The position numbers and the translations under genes are program-made. From Chiloscyllium plagiosum (Eukaryota), in the NCBI RefSeq assembly GCF_004010195.1, contig NC_057749.1, forward strand, positions 5,597,634 to 5,661,633: 64,000 nucleotides of DNA, in the 5' to 3' direction. Below the pieces are notes generated by a model. It was not told the DNA's origin. It made no database searches and saw only the letters and a program-made list of their open reading frames with translations. Below, one piece after another: positions 25,104 through 37,490 of the stretch. Each line of letters begins with the position of its first letter. The stretch's first letter is position 1.

Positions 25104-27042
25104 TACTTGAGTTCTATACTACCAGGCGAGTGTTCGGAATGGAGGTTGTGATGGAATGAGCCATCCAGAAAAGCTTTAGTCTTGCCAAAGTTTAACCAGA
25201 TCTGGCTCTCAGTCAACAGTAGACCAGTCCTCCTCCTGAGCGCATGGCCTCCCAAAGTCTAGAACCTTCTATTCGTCAAGGTGCGACTTTGAATGTGACC
25301 CAAACTTGCCTGTCTCAGACCATCAGGGGAATTGCTTTGATAATGATCGATAGTGGATACCTGGTCATTGCACACCACATTCTCCCATCAAATCGTCGCG
25401 TTTGTAAAATTTTCCGAATTGTAGAATAACTGAGAAATTCAACTCAAACGAGCTTTTCACTGCTCGGGCCCGACCTTCAGTTTATATCGTCCTTCCACCA
25501 TTTCCAAGTCAGGATAGTGTGTCACTTGGTTGGGGGTGGGGTGGAATTTGCAAGTGGTTGGTGTGCCCATGCGTCTGCTTCCCTTGCTCTTCCAGAAGGC
25601 AGAGGTCATGGGTTTGGAAGTTGCTATCAAAGGAACCTTGGCGAATGGCTGCAATGCATCTTGGGATGCTACACAGTGCTGCTACTATGCTTCAGAGTGG
25701 CAGGAGTGAATGCTTAAGGTGGGGAATGGGGTGTCGCTTGAGTAGGTTTCTCTGTTTCAGATGGTGTTAAACTTTATTTGAATACAACTGGCAATTCATA
25801 ATCACTGTCTGCATTTAAAAATTACATATTATTCAACAATAATTTGTCTTAAACAACATCAGTAAAATAGCAAATTGGAAGCACTGCCAGATTATTTTAA
25901 TTATGAAACTTTAAACTAAGAATAGAGTTCATATTACCTTTTTTTGATTTAGTTTTTGTTAGGATCATATTACTGTAAACTTATCCTACCTTTGAAAAGA
26001 TAATTGACACATGAAGCACATACTTTTCAATTTCTATCTGGTATATAGCGGAGGTTGACCCCCTTTTTTGAGAACTAAAACTGAAACAGCCAAAGAGGAG
26101 CACCTCGCTGTATAATCTGTCGGAGTGTGAAAGGTGGCGTAACCTGCTTTTCAGCAACTTCCAGTGGTTAAACAAACTAAATTCCTGACACTCAGTTTAA
26201 AATCAACAGGTAACAATTTATTTATCTAACTCTAACAGTATACAAAGTAACTAAACTATTAACAAACCAAATAAACCCGTTCTAACTACTAACTATTCCT
26301 GAATAAAGCAAGAATCTAATGCTATGCTGTTCCAATAAAAACAAATTCCACTCATATTAAAAAAAATAGAAATTAGTCTCTCAAAATTACAGCCAGGTCA
26401 CTTGTCTTCCAGAATGTTCTGCGCCTTCTCCATTTATTCTTCTGTCAGGAATATTAACTAGTTGTGCCGTCGGTACTGTTGTTATTTAGATGATGTTTTC
26501 TCTAAGACATCGATGAGACTGTGAGAGCCAGTGATTCTCTCTCTCTCTCTCTCTTGAGGGCCATTAGCTCTGGCAGATGGCAGCTAACTCTGGGATCCTT
26601 GTCCAACTTACTCCTTCCTTTATACCCGTGATGACATATCAGTATTTCTTACAACAGGATTGGTCCTATATTGTCAAAACCATCAGACTTAAATTTAACA
26701 GATTTTTGGTAACTAAGTACCTTGTTTGAATCGATTGCCTAAATTCAAAAGCCTGTTGTCTTGGTAAAAACTACTGCTTGGCCTTTTGATATAAATGTTT
26801 CAGTTCAGGCTCTCTGTGTACTTGCAAACTTTAAAGCTACTGCTCATATACATCCATTTTAAATCTCTAAGCATAGAAAAAGCACATGATCTTTTAAAAG
26901 GACCACGCAATACTTTCCCCCTTTTAAAAACACCAAATTCTAACTTCCTGCCTCCCAATCTTCAAGTACTCTACCCAACTTTGCAACATTTCTGCCACTT
27001 CCTGTCGAAAATACAACTGCTGCCTCTTCAGTGTTTGTTTTG

Positions 27043-27720
27043 AATCATAGAGATGGTACAGCAGGGAAACAGACCCTTCAGTCCAACCCATCCAGGTCTA
27101 CCAGATATCCTAAACTAATCTAGTCCCATTTTCCAGCGCTTGGCCCATAACGCTTCCCATTCATTTACTCATCCACGTGTTTTTAAATGTTGTAATTGTA
27201 CCAGCCTCCACCACTTCCCCTGGCAGCTCATTCCACACACGTACCACCCTCTGCATGAAAAAGTTTCTCCTTAGGTCTCTTTTATATCTTTCTCCTCTTA
27301 ATCCTAAACCTATGCCTCCAGTTCTGCCCCGACCCCAGGGAAAAGACTTTGTCTATTTATCCTATCCATGTCCCTTGTGATATTATAAACCTCAGCCTCT
27401 GAAACTGCAGGGAAAACAGCCCCAGCCTATTCAACCTCTCCCTATAGCTCAAGCCCTCCAAAGTCCTTGTAATTTTTTTCTGAACCCTTTCAAGTTTCAC
27501 AACATCCTTCCAAGAGGAGGGGAATCAGAATTGCACACAATGCTCCAAAGGTGTCCTGTACAGCCGCAACATGACCTCCCAACTCCTATACTCAATGCTC
27601 TGACCAAAAAAAAAGCATACCAAATGTCTTCTTCACTATCCTATCTACCCAGCACTCCACTTTCAAGCAACTATGAACCTACAATCCAAGGTCTCTTTGT
27701 TCAGCAACACTCCCCCGACC
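27043..27720 (-). mobile_element. CR1 LINE 3' end
   Basis: Homologous to the other CR1 3' ends in the window. Confidence 0.8.
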
Positions 27721-28319
27721 ATAATGTAAAAACTGAAAGTTACTTCCTTCCGTCGTTGCTTGCTTAAGTTTCGAGTTAATGGTCCATTTGAGGGAGAACA
27801 CAGCTTTGATACAAAACCAGAACATATCCCTCAGGACGACTCTAAACTGAAATGACCAATTCATTCCAGTTCGTTTGGCCTTAAGGAATTTTACCAAAGG
27901 ATTGAGCAAACTTGATGAAATGACTGGGACATGAACTCAATGGACAATTTGTCTCTCATGCAACAGAGTTAAAGAGTGGGATATGGACGTTGTAACGTGA
28001 AGGAGAATAGCACTAAGCTGTCCAGATTAATTTGTGCTAATAGATCAGAGACAAATAGGTTGCATTTAAGTCCAGACCTTGTGTAGCAACTTGAGGTAAT
28101 TTAAAAAACACTCTTTCATGGGATATGGGCATCACTAGCAGGGCCAGCACCTTTTCCCAGTTATCCTCAAACTGAATAGCTTGCTCTGCCCTTTCAGAGG
28201 GCAGTAAGAGTCCTATTGCAGTGGGTCTGGATCATATGTAGGTCAGACCAGGTAAAGACAACAGATTTCCTTCCCTAACTGAGATCAGAGAACCAGATGG
28301 CTTTTTCTGGACAATCAAA

Positions 28320-28750
28320 ACCATAAGAAACAAGACCAGGAATTTGGCCCCTCGAGCCTGCTCCTACATTCAATGGGATCATGGCTAATCCGATATTCCT
28401 CACATCCACTTTCCTGCCTTTTCCCCACAACCATTAATTCCTGACTGACCAAGAACTTTCCTCAGCCTTAAATATACACAAGGGCTCAGCCCCCACAGTT
28501 TTCAAGGAGTTCCAAAGACTCTCAAACCTCTAAGAGAAGAAAAAACCCCTCATCTCAGTCTTAAATTGGCATATCTTCATTATGAGACTATGCCTTCTGG
28601 TCCTAGACTCTCCCATGAGGGGAAACATCCTCTCAGCATTTACCCTGTCAAGTCCCTTCAGAATCTGAAATGTTTCAATGAGATCACCTCTCATTCTTCT
28701 AAACTCCAGTGAGCAGAGTTCCAACCTGTTTAATCTTTGCTCATAAGATC
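28320..28750 (-). mobile_element. CR1-type LINE 3' end, second subfamily
   Basis: SLEFRRMRGDLIETFQILKG. Confidence 0.75.
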
Positions 28751-29286
28751 ATTTAGTGCACAGTAGCTTCATGGTCTTGAGACTAGCTTTCAGTTCCAGT
28801 ATTTTTATTCATTTCAACATAAATCCAATGTCAGTCGTGGCAGGATTCGAACCCATGTTCCGAAAGCACAAATGTTGACCACTATCACAGTGATATTGCC
28901 ATCATCAGGCTTCAGGTCAGAAGACATCCCTTCCTTTATGCAACCCACTGGCTGATTAATATTAATAATTATTAAAAACATGAATAACCATATGATGGGT
29001 TCAGATAATACACCTTCAGCAAAACCTGGATCATTAGATACAATGTTTTGTCACAAATCTTTACAATTGAAAAATTAACTTGCCGGAGAATCAAATCAGA
29101 TTTACAGATTATGCAACAAGGTTAGACACAAAGATAAATAACAAGTATCCTTAGATGTGCATCTAATGTGAGAGAAAGAGTCAAACATTTTCATCATTCA
29201 AAAAAAATATTCCTTCATTCCAAGTAAGTTGTACAAAACTGATCAGTTTGAATCGTGGGGAGGTTGCTCCCTGATTGACGGCGAGG

Positions 29287-29409
29287 TTAGAAGTTTTCGT
29301 AGTGGTGGCTAAATTGGATCTTATGTCGCTTGTTCATGTCCTTGCAAGCTTTTTCTACATTTGTGGTCATACCAGGAGGTCCACAACTGAAGACCCCAAT
29401 CTTCATAAC
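29287..29409 (-). CDS. DUOX: DUOX terminal coding exon ([40 protein letters not shown])
   Basis: AG acceptor; VFSCGP motif; NOX-family C-terminal ENF followed by TAA. Confidence 0.97.
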   Translation of the reverse strand, partial: VMKIGVFSCGPPGMTTNVEKACKDMNKRHKIQFSHHYENF

Positions 29410-29435
29410 CTGGTCAAATGAACAAGAGATTGTTT

Positions 29436-29558
29436 GAGTCAACAAGTGTGGTGCTGGAAAAGCACAGCCGGTCAGGTAGCATCTGAGGAGCAGGAGAGTC
29501 AACGTTTCATCAGGAATGTGGGGGATCCCCAAGGAGGCTGCAGTCCTCACTTTCTCCG
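29436..29558. mobile_element. Penelope-type short element beside the last DUOX acceptor
   Basis: TSD AAGAGATT(G/A)TTT at 29424-29435 and 29559-29570. Confidence 0.75.
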
Positions 29559-29769
29559 AAGAGATTATTTAACTCCAGTTCGGACTTCATACCTCTTTCA
29601 CTAAGCCTGAACAATTACATAAAGATTGACATTCTTTGTCTCAATGGATTTTTTTTCCTGTGACGTTTTGTCCCTGTTTTATGCACAGGATCGAGTATTC
29701 GTCTGAACTTTACTTTTTTGATTCCACAAGCTCCAAAATATACTATACAAGAGCATTTCTGAGGAACCA

Positions 29770-30230
29770 GATGCTGCCAAAGCGTTTCATCTTGCACTCA
29801 TCAGGACAGATGCAAGAATACCAAATTTCAAAGAGAGCAACAATTTATACTGCATGAGAAAAAGGTGCTGAGTTGTTGGCAAGTGAGCTCTGATTGGGCC
29901 AGGTGTTGCTATGGAGAATACAATAGGAAATATTGTTTTCATTCTAAATAACTGTGCAACATAAATTGTAGTCGAGAGTGTGATACTGGAAAAGCACAGC
30001 AAGTCAGGCAGCATCCGAGGAGCAGGAGCAGGAGCTTATGCCCAAAACATCGATTCTCCTGCTCCTCTGATGCTGCCTGTCCTGCTGTGCTTTTCCAGTT
30101 ACACACTCTTGACTCAGATCTCCAGCATCTGCAGTCCTCACTTTCTCCCAACATAAATTGTTACTTCCTTTGAAATTTGGTATTCTTGCATCGGTCCTGG
30201 TGTGTGCAAGACCAAAAGCTTTGATAGTTT
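29770..30230. mobile_element. Inverted-arm element (family 4) with nested palindromic family-1 insertion at 29970-30148
   Basis: GCAAGAATACCAAATTTCAAA / TTTGAAATTTGGTATTCTTGC arms; inner TSD CAACATAAATTGT at 29957-29969 and 30149-30161. Confidence 0.7.
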
Positions 30231-31083
30231 CACTTTCTTATGGTCAGGTAACTATTTATATACCTCACATACTTCTGCTTCTTGCTGCATTTTCATTTCC
30301 ATTGGGAGGCAAATATAGAAATGCTCAGGGAGAATAATTCATGTTGCTAGTGTGTTGGGTTCTTAGTATTATCCCGGCCCCTGAAGCTGGGATGGAGAAA
30401 GCAGACACATAATTTTGATTTTTCCTGATGCTAATTGAGAGATAAATGTTGGCCAGAATATATGTATTGGAAAAACTGCTCCAGCATGTTTAACATCCAC
30501 CTGGGCAGAGACATAGGGCCTCAGTTAATACCTCGTTAGAAAGATACCACCGATAGTGCAGTACTCCCTCAGTAAAACACAGGAATAGCAGCCTTGACTT
30601 TGATGCTCCAGTCTTGGAATGAGATTCAACACTGAGCGTCCTGACCCAGACACAAGAGTTTGACCTCTTGAGTCACAGCTGACACTCTCAATGACATGCA
30701 AGGCCACAAAAAAGAGTTGGCAATTCCTGAGGCACTGGTCATATCTTCTCAATTTGGAAGCGTATCTAAGACTGGGACAAACCTATAAGGACAGATAAGA
30801 ACTTCCTTCTCAAGACTGTCACCGCCGCCCCAGCCATCAATTGCCAAAGGCATGATGTTCCTCACAACGAAGATCTAACGGTGTGAAATACAGTGGGTTC
30901 TGATATATCGTGTGGCCTCAAATTAGAAGAAAGTCATGCCATTTAAGCAATCGGTAAGTAAAATTCGCGTTTTGCAAATAGCGGTCTAAATTCTTCAATC
31001 ACATTAAAGCCAATTCGCGTTGCAGAAACACGCGTTACAACAGAACCGACTGCACAATGTCGAACCCTTACACCAGTACTCAC

Positions 31084-31212
31084 GTCTGGGTGCACCTCCA
31101 TCAGTGAATGGAAGAAAGGGACAAATTGGGGACGTCCAAAGTGGGTGATGGAGCGAAGTCCAGTGAACAAGCTGCGGTTTGACACCTTCTGGAAGTGACG
31201 TTCGCAAATGTA
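31084..31212 (-). CDS. DUOX: DUOX exon ([43 protein letters not shown])
   Basis: 129 nt; [17 protein letters not shown] motif. Confidence 0.97.
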
Positions 31213-31519
31213 CTAAAGCAAGAAACACAGAACATTTCATTTGTGAGGTCAGGAAGACAGCCCAATGGCCTTGATATTCCAGTCAGTGGCAATGTTGGGT
31301 GCCACTGTTCATGAACGTCTGATCTAATAATAACAACATTACACATCTCTCCAGGGATCTTCTGATCCCAACTGATGCAACATCTCCTGAGCAAGTCCAG
31401 TGAGTGGAGTCGAGTCAGGGGAAGGAGAGGACATTTCTCCCACTGCCTTTATGACAGTAGCTACTTTATTCAGACATGTTTTTAAAGGTCCCAGTCTTTG
31501 AATGAATGAGTGTGGCTGA

Positions 31520-32293
31520 GTAGGTTATCTCAGATGATAAAGGCATCTTGATCAATTGGGCCAATGGGTGAGGTGCGGCCGACGGACATAAATTCAGATA
31601 AATGTAAGGTGTTGCATTTTGGTAAGGCAAACCAGGACAGAGCTTACACACTTAATGGTAGGGTCCTGGGGAGTGTTGTCGAACAGAGACCTAGGAGTAC
31701 ACAGGTATCATAGGTAGACAGGGTGGTAAAGAAGGTGTTTAGCATGCTTTTCTTCATGATGCAGACCATTAAGTATAGGTGTTGGGACGTCATGTTGCAG
31801 TTGTACAGGAGATTGGTGAGGCCTCTTTTGGAGTACTGTGTACAGTTCTAGTTGCCCTCCTACAGAGTGCAGGAAAGATCTAACAGGATATTACTGGGAC
31901 TGGAGGCCTTGAGTTATAAGGAGAGGCTGAATAGGCTGGGATCTTTTTCACTGGAGTGTGGGAGGTTTAAGGGTGACCAAATAGAGATTTACAAAATCAT
32001 GTGGGGTATGATAAGGTGACTACCAAAGGTCTTTTCCCTAGGGTTGACAAGTTCAAAACTGGAGGGCATAATTTTAACCTTCTCCACAGAGAAGGTGTGG
32101 AATGAACTACCAGAGGAAGTGGTAGATGCAGGTACAGTTACAACATTGAAAAGATATTTGGACAGGTACATGAACAAGAAAGGTTTAGAGGGAGATGGGC
32201 CAAACGGAAGCAAATGGGATTAGTTTAGTTTGGGAAATTTGGTTGGCATGGACTGATTGGACTGAAGGATCTGTTTCCATGCTGGATGACTCT
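31520..32293 (+). mobile_element. CR1 LINE 3' part
   Basis: Decayed RT C-terminus and CR1 3' UTR. Confidence 0.8.
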
Positions 32294-33010
32294 ATTAATC
32301 TATGTGTGAATGTGTGAGTGGACGAGTGGGTGGATTAGTGAACAGGTAGCTGGCTGGTTTGGCAGCTCGATAGGTGAGTGGGTAGTCAGGTAACCTGGGT
32401 GGGAGAGAAGTGTCAATGGCTTTAGTTGGGGGTTAGCTGGAGGGGTGGGAAGTCAGAATGGCTCGGGTGTAATCAGGTAGAAGGTGAATGGGTTGGAAGG
32501 GTACTCGGGTCTGGTTGGGGGTGGTCAAGGAGGGGTGTTGTTAGGTGAACGGGTGAGGGGCTGTGTCAGTTCTGGGGTTACCATAAACCTGTGAACATTT
32601 CCAGGATAAATCACATGTCTCTGGTCTGTCCCTTCGCCCTGAGTTCAAGGTCAGTGTCACTTTTGCAGGGTCACAATCCAGCCTGTCAGAAGTTTAAATA
32701 TCCCATGGCGTTCCCAGGTATGTCAAAGCACCAGGACAACCAGAGGGTCCTGATCGGGGCCAGGGATAGAGATGACAGACCGCTTTGCTGTTCCTGGAAC
32801 AGACCTCCAAAGACCACAGACTTGCACGCCAACCCAGCAGCACCCGCCCTGGACCAGATTCTAGGTGACCTACTTCTTAGGCCCAGAACTGTCCTACACC
32901 CTGGTCTCATCCCTCACGGTTTGAAGATGAGAGAACAAGAGCCAATAAGTCACTGGTTAACTCAGTGCTGACTAGGCCTTGTACAAATCAGGGCTCCAGT
33001 TTATGCTTAC

Positions 33011-33166
33011 GAGCATGGTGGTCCTCAAGTCAAATTTCTCCGCCAGCTGAGTGATGTAGATGTGGACGGTCACCAGGGAATTTTTGTCAGCCTCTTCAAC
33101 TTCACGGATGATATCCTCCAGCCACTCAAACTGCTTCTGTGTCCGAGTCACCCAGATGAAGTAAAT
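33011..33166 (-). CDS. DUOX: DUOX exon ([25 protein letters not shown]...[18 protein letters not shown])
   Basis: 156 nt; AG/GT; near-identical to DUOX. Confidence 0.97.
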
Positions 33167-33449
33167 CTGTCAACGTGGAGTTTTAAAGAGGAATTAGAGC
33201 AAAGCAAAACATGGAAACGTGGGAAATAGGATCCAAAGTAGGCCCCTCGGCCCCTTGAGCCTCCGCCATGCAACATGATCATGGCTGATCATCCAACCCG
33301 GTCCCCAGTTCCCATTTTCTCCCCACACCCTTTGACCCCTTTAGCGCTAAGAACTGCATCTAAATCCTGTACCTAATTGTCCCCATTAGTAGCAATTCAT
33401 TCTCCCAGGCTGATCATTATCCACTCCTTTGTCTGTCGAACTGTTCTAG

Positions 33450-33990
33450 GAGTCATAGAGTCATAGAGATGTACAGCATGGAAACAGACCCTTCAGTCCA
33501 ACTCGTCCATGTCGACCAGCTATCCCAACCCAATCTCGTCCCACCTGCCAGCACCCTCCAAACCCTTCCTATTCATATACCCATCCAGATACCTTTTAAA
33601 TGTTGCAATTGTACCAGCCTCCACCACTTCCTCTGGCAGCCCATACCACACAGGCACCACCCTCTGCATGAAAATGTTGCCGCTTCGGTCTCTTTTATAT
33701 CTTTCCCCTCTCACCCTAAACCAATGCCCTCAAGTTCTGGACTCCCCGGCCCAGGGAAAAGACCTTGTCTATTTACCCTATCCATGCCTCTCATGATTTT
33801 ATAAACCTTGATAAGGTCACCCCTCAGCCTCCGACGCTCCAGGGAAAACAGCCATAGCCTATTTAACCTCTCCCTTTTGCTCAAATCCTCCAACCCTGGC
33901 AACATCCTTGTAAATCTTTTCTGAACACTTTCAAATTTCACAACACCTTTCCGATAGGAAGGAGACCAGAATTGCACGCAATATTCCAAC
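33450..33990 (-). mobile_element. CR1 LINE 3' end
   Basis: [13 protein letters not shown]; (GAGTCATA)n tail on the plus strand. Confidence 0.85.
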
Positions 33991-34734
33991 TCCTTTGTCT
34001 GTCTGACTGTTCTTCTCTCTCTTTAGGCTCTTTCCCCACCCATTGTTTGCTTCTTACCTCTCACCCCACCATACCTTCTGTATAAAAAAAAGCTTCCTAG
34101 CTACCATCAGTTCTGACAAAGGGTCACTGGACCCGAAACGTTAACCATGATTTCTCTCCACAGATGCTGCCAGACCTGCTGAGCTTTTCCAGCAGTTTCT
34201 GCTTGGTGGTTCCGATTTCCAGCAACACAGCTCTTTAGAGTTTTTGTATCTAATTCCTTCTTGAAAACATTCAAAGCTTTGGCCTCGATCACTTTCTGTG
34301 GCAGGGAATGGCCCAGGCTCACCACTCTCTGGGTGAAGAAACACTTCTTAATTTCTCCCGACGGGGATCCATGCAATGTATAAATGTGGGAAACACGGTA
34401 TTAGCAAAGTAACCACAAGTGAAGGGAAGCTTAATCAGGACCCTAAAGTCCTGGATATTTAATGCTGTTGCAACTACATGCTCTATACCAGGTTCTGAGC
34501 TTCTGGTTGCTACCAGGATGTCTCTCCTGCTAACAGGAAATGACATGGAGTTATTTCACGGGCAGTGATCGAGCTTTCTCTGGGGAAGACAGATATATAT
34601 TTGAAAAGAAGGAATTGCAAGGCTGTGGGAAAGGGGGGGCTGGGATTCAGACAGAGGGGAGTTTCAGCCCTTTGCTTTGCAGAAGTGGAATCTTTGGCCA
34701 CCCTGTGGGACACAAGATGAAGAAAGATAAATGT

Positions 34735-35198
34735 CCTGGGATGTGCAGGTTAGGTGGATTAGGCAGGCTAAGTTGCCCCATAGTGTCTCGGGATGAGTAG
34801 GTTGTGTAATTTGGTCAGGCTAAATTGTCCCATAGTGTCCCAGGATTTGCAGGTTAGTTGGATTGGGCAGACTGAATTGTCCCGTAGTGTCCCTGGATTT
34901 GCAGGTTATGTAGATTGGATATGCTAAAATGCCCTGTAGTGTCTAGGGATGTGCAAATTATGTAGATTGGACAGGCTAAATTGCCCCATAGTGTTCTGGG
35001 ATTTACAGGTTAAGTGGATTGGGCAGGTTAACTTGCCCTTAATGTCATGGGATGGTGTAGGTTAGGTGGATTGGCCATGGTAAATATGTGATTACGGGGA
35101 TAATGTAGTGGGCTGGATCTGAGTGAGATGCTCTTCAGAGGGTCAGTGCAGACTCAATGGGCTGAATGGCCTCTTTCTGCCTTGTAGAATTCTATGAT
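34735..35198 (+). repeat. Tandem ~52 bp repeat derived from a V-SINE internal segment, followed by a SINE/CR1-type tail
   Basis: About 7 copies of GATGTGCAGGTTAGGTGGATTGG...AAATTGCCCCATAGTGTC. Confidence 0.8.
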
Positions 35199-35864
35199 CC
35201 TAAGCGCAGGTTTCAAAACCAATATGAGATCTTGTATAAAGCCTCCTCAGGTTATTAAATGAGAAAGCAGTGTAAAGATCACAGTTTTGCATCATGTTCC
35301 AGGAAAGGTGTTCCCTTTTATTATCACCATATGATTACAGCCTGGCAGATTGGAATGCGCTGTAAATTTTTAGATTAAGAAAAGCGACATTGAATGGTCA
35401 GCAGGTGGGCAAGATTAGTGTTCTGCAGATATCATACCATCAAGTGCCTGAGGAACTATTTGCATGAATCTTTTAATTAAAACTAAAATTAGTCACTGCT
35501 CTTCAAAATACTTTCCAGATAAATAATGGGATAGAACATTCAGTCATATATCACGGAAGTAGTGAAATATTGCAAACAATATGAAGAAATTATAAAATGT
35601 ATTCCTTCCTTGTTTTCTGAAAGCACGCATAATATGATACATGCATGAGGAATATGTGAACCAAATCAGATTAACTCTGGATTTCAAAAAAAACAAAGAC
35701 AGCATTGTGATTTGGTGTCCCTCATGATTATAAGAACACTATCCTTGTCTTATGTTCTTTGAGTGTACTGTTGGTGTGGGACTGAGCCAAAGGTCAGAAC
35801 ACCAATTCATGGTCTGTGACAAGGTTAGCTGATCTCTTCATTTCGTTTCCTCTTTCTCCAGCCA

Positions 35865-36720
35865 ACCACTAATTGCCCTAAGTTTGCTGATGACACCACC
35901 ATAGTTGGTCAAATCTTAGATGGCGACGAAACAGATTACAGACAGGAGGTGGAAGACCTGGAAAAATAGTGCACTGAGAACAATCTAGTTCCAATGCTGG
36001 CAAAACCAAGGAATTCATTACTGACTTCCGACGGGATGTTACTCATGCCCCCTTACACATTAACAGCACAGACGTAGAATGAGTGGAGAGTGTCAAGCTC
36101 CTGGGAGTGGTCATCCACAACAAGCTTTTTTGGACTCTTCATGTGGACGCACTGGTTACAAAGGCTCAACAATGTCTCTTCTTCCTCAGGCAGCTGAGGA
36201 AATTGGGCATGACAGCGAATACCCTTGCTAACTTTTATAGGTGTGCCATCGAGAGCATTCTGTCTGGATGTATCAATACCTGGTATGACAACTGTACCAT
36301 TCAAGATCGGAGACGGTTACAGAGACTGGTGAACTCGGCCCGGACAATCACAAAGGCCAACCTCCCAACTATAGACTCCATCTACCAGGCCCGCTGTCAA
36401 GGAAAGGCCACCAGCATTCTCAAAGATCCATCCCATCCTGGCAATGTTTTTCTACAACCTCTACCATCGGGGAGAAGGTACAGAAGTCTGAACCCGCGCC
36501 AGCTGATTTCGAAACAGTTTCTACCCTACTGTTGTTAGAATACTGAATGGACTCTCAAACTCTTAACATTCGCCTGTACCTGTGTTTTTGTTTTTGCTGC
36601 TGTTTACCTATTATTTACTTATTTATGCTACTTAACTCTGTGATCTGCCTGTATTGCTTGCAAGATTAAGCTTTTCACTGTGCCTCGGTACATATGTGAC
36701 AATAAATTCAATTCAATTCA
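35865..36720 (+). mobile_element. Rex1/Babar-like LINE 3' part
   Basis: KFADDTTIVG, KAQQCLFFLRQLRK, IESILSGCI and LPSGRRYRS motifs; AATAAA(TTCAA)n tail. Confidence 0.75.
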
Positions 36721-37331
36721 GTAATAAGCCACATTCTTAAACATAACTGCATGGGCTTCTGAGTAGTTGACTGTATTAGTATGGGCCTGGAGTCACATGT
36801 AGGTCAGCGCAGGCACAGATGGCATAGTTCCCTCCCTAAAGGACATTGGTGAATTTGGCGTTATTTCACAACAGTCCAGAAGTTTCCTGATCGCCATTCC
36901 TCCCTTTATATAATTGAGAATTTAAATATCCACGGTAGGGTAGTTTGTGCCTCTGGATTGCTATTCTGGCAACATAACTACAATGTCATTCGACTACAAA
37001 AACTGACCTCAGTGCGTTTGGAATGAAGGAAGGCAAAGGAGCAAGCATTTCACCACTTAACCTGCTCCTGAGAGCTGTCCGTGTTTCTAATCTTGGGTGT
37101 CTTGCATAAATGTGCAACAGGCTGTGATTGTTATGGCCTTTCTGCTCACTTAGTGGTTGGCACACTCTCTCTCATCAGGCATACACATGATTACTAATTG
37201 CCAGTCAAATGGATCAGTGGATCGATAAGAGGCAGTGAAGGAGAGGAATCTGGCATAGGGATGCCCGCTGCTCTTATTCAAAGGCTGCGTCACGTTTAAA
37301 AATGGATCAGGACACATTTAGGCCAGTTTAC

Positions 37332-37490
37332 CTTCTTACATAATATTTTGCTGTTGGTTGTTGACTTGAAGACAAGGTCTTTGAGGATAGATGCAAACGG
37401 AGTTACACCAATCCCTCCTCCTACCAGAACAGACACCTCGAACTTGTTCCATTCTTGGTGACCCTCACCAAAAGGTCCATCCAGATAGAT
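37332..37490 (-). CDS. DUOX: DUOX exon, NADPH-binding domain ([43 protein letters not shown])
   Basis: 159 nt; AG/GT; DGPFG and GGGIGVTPF motifs. Confidence 0.97.
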
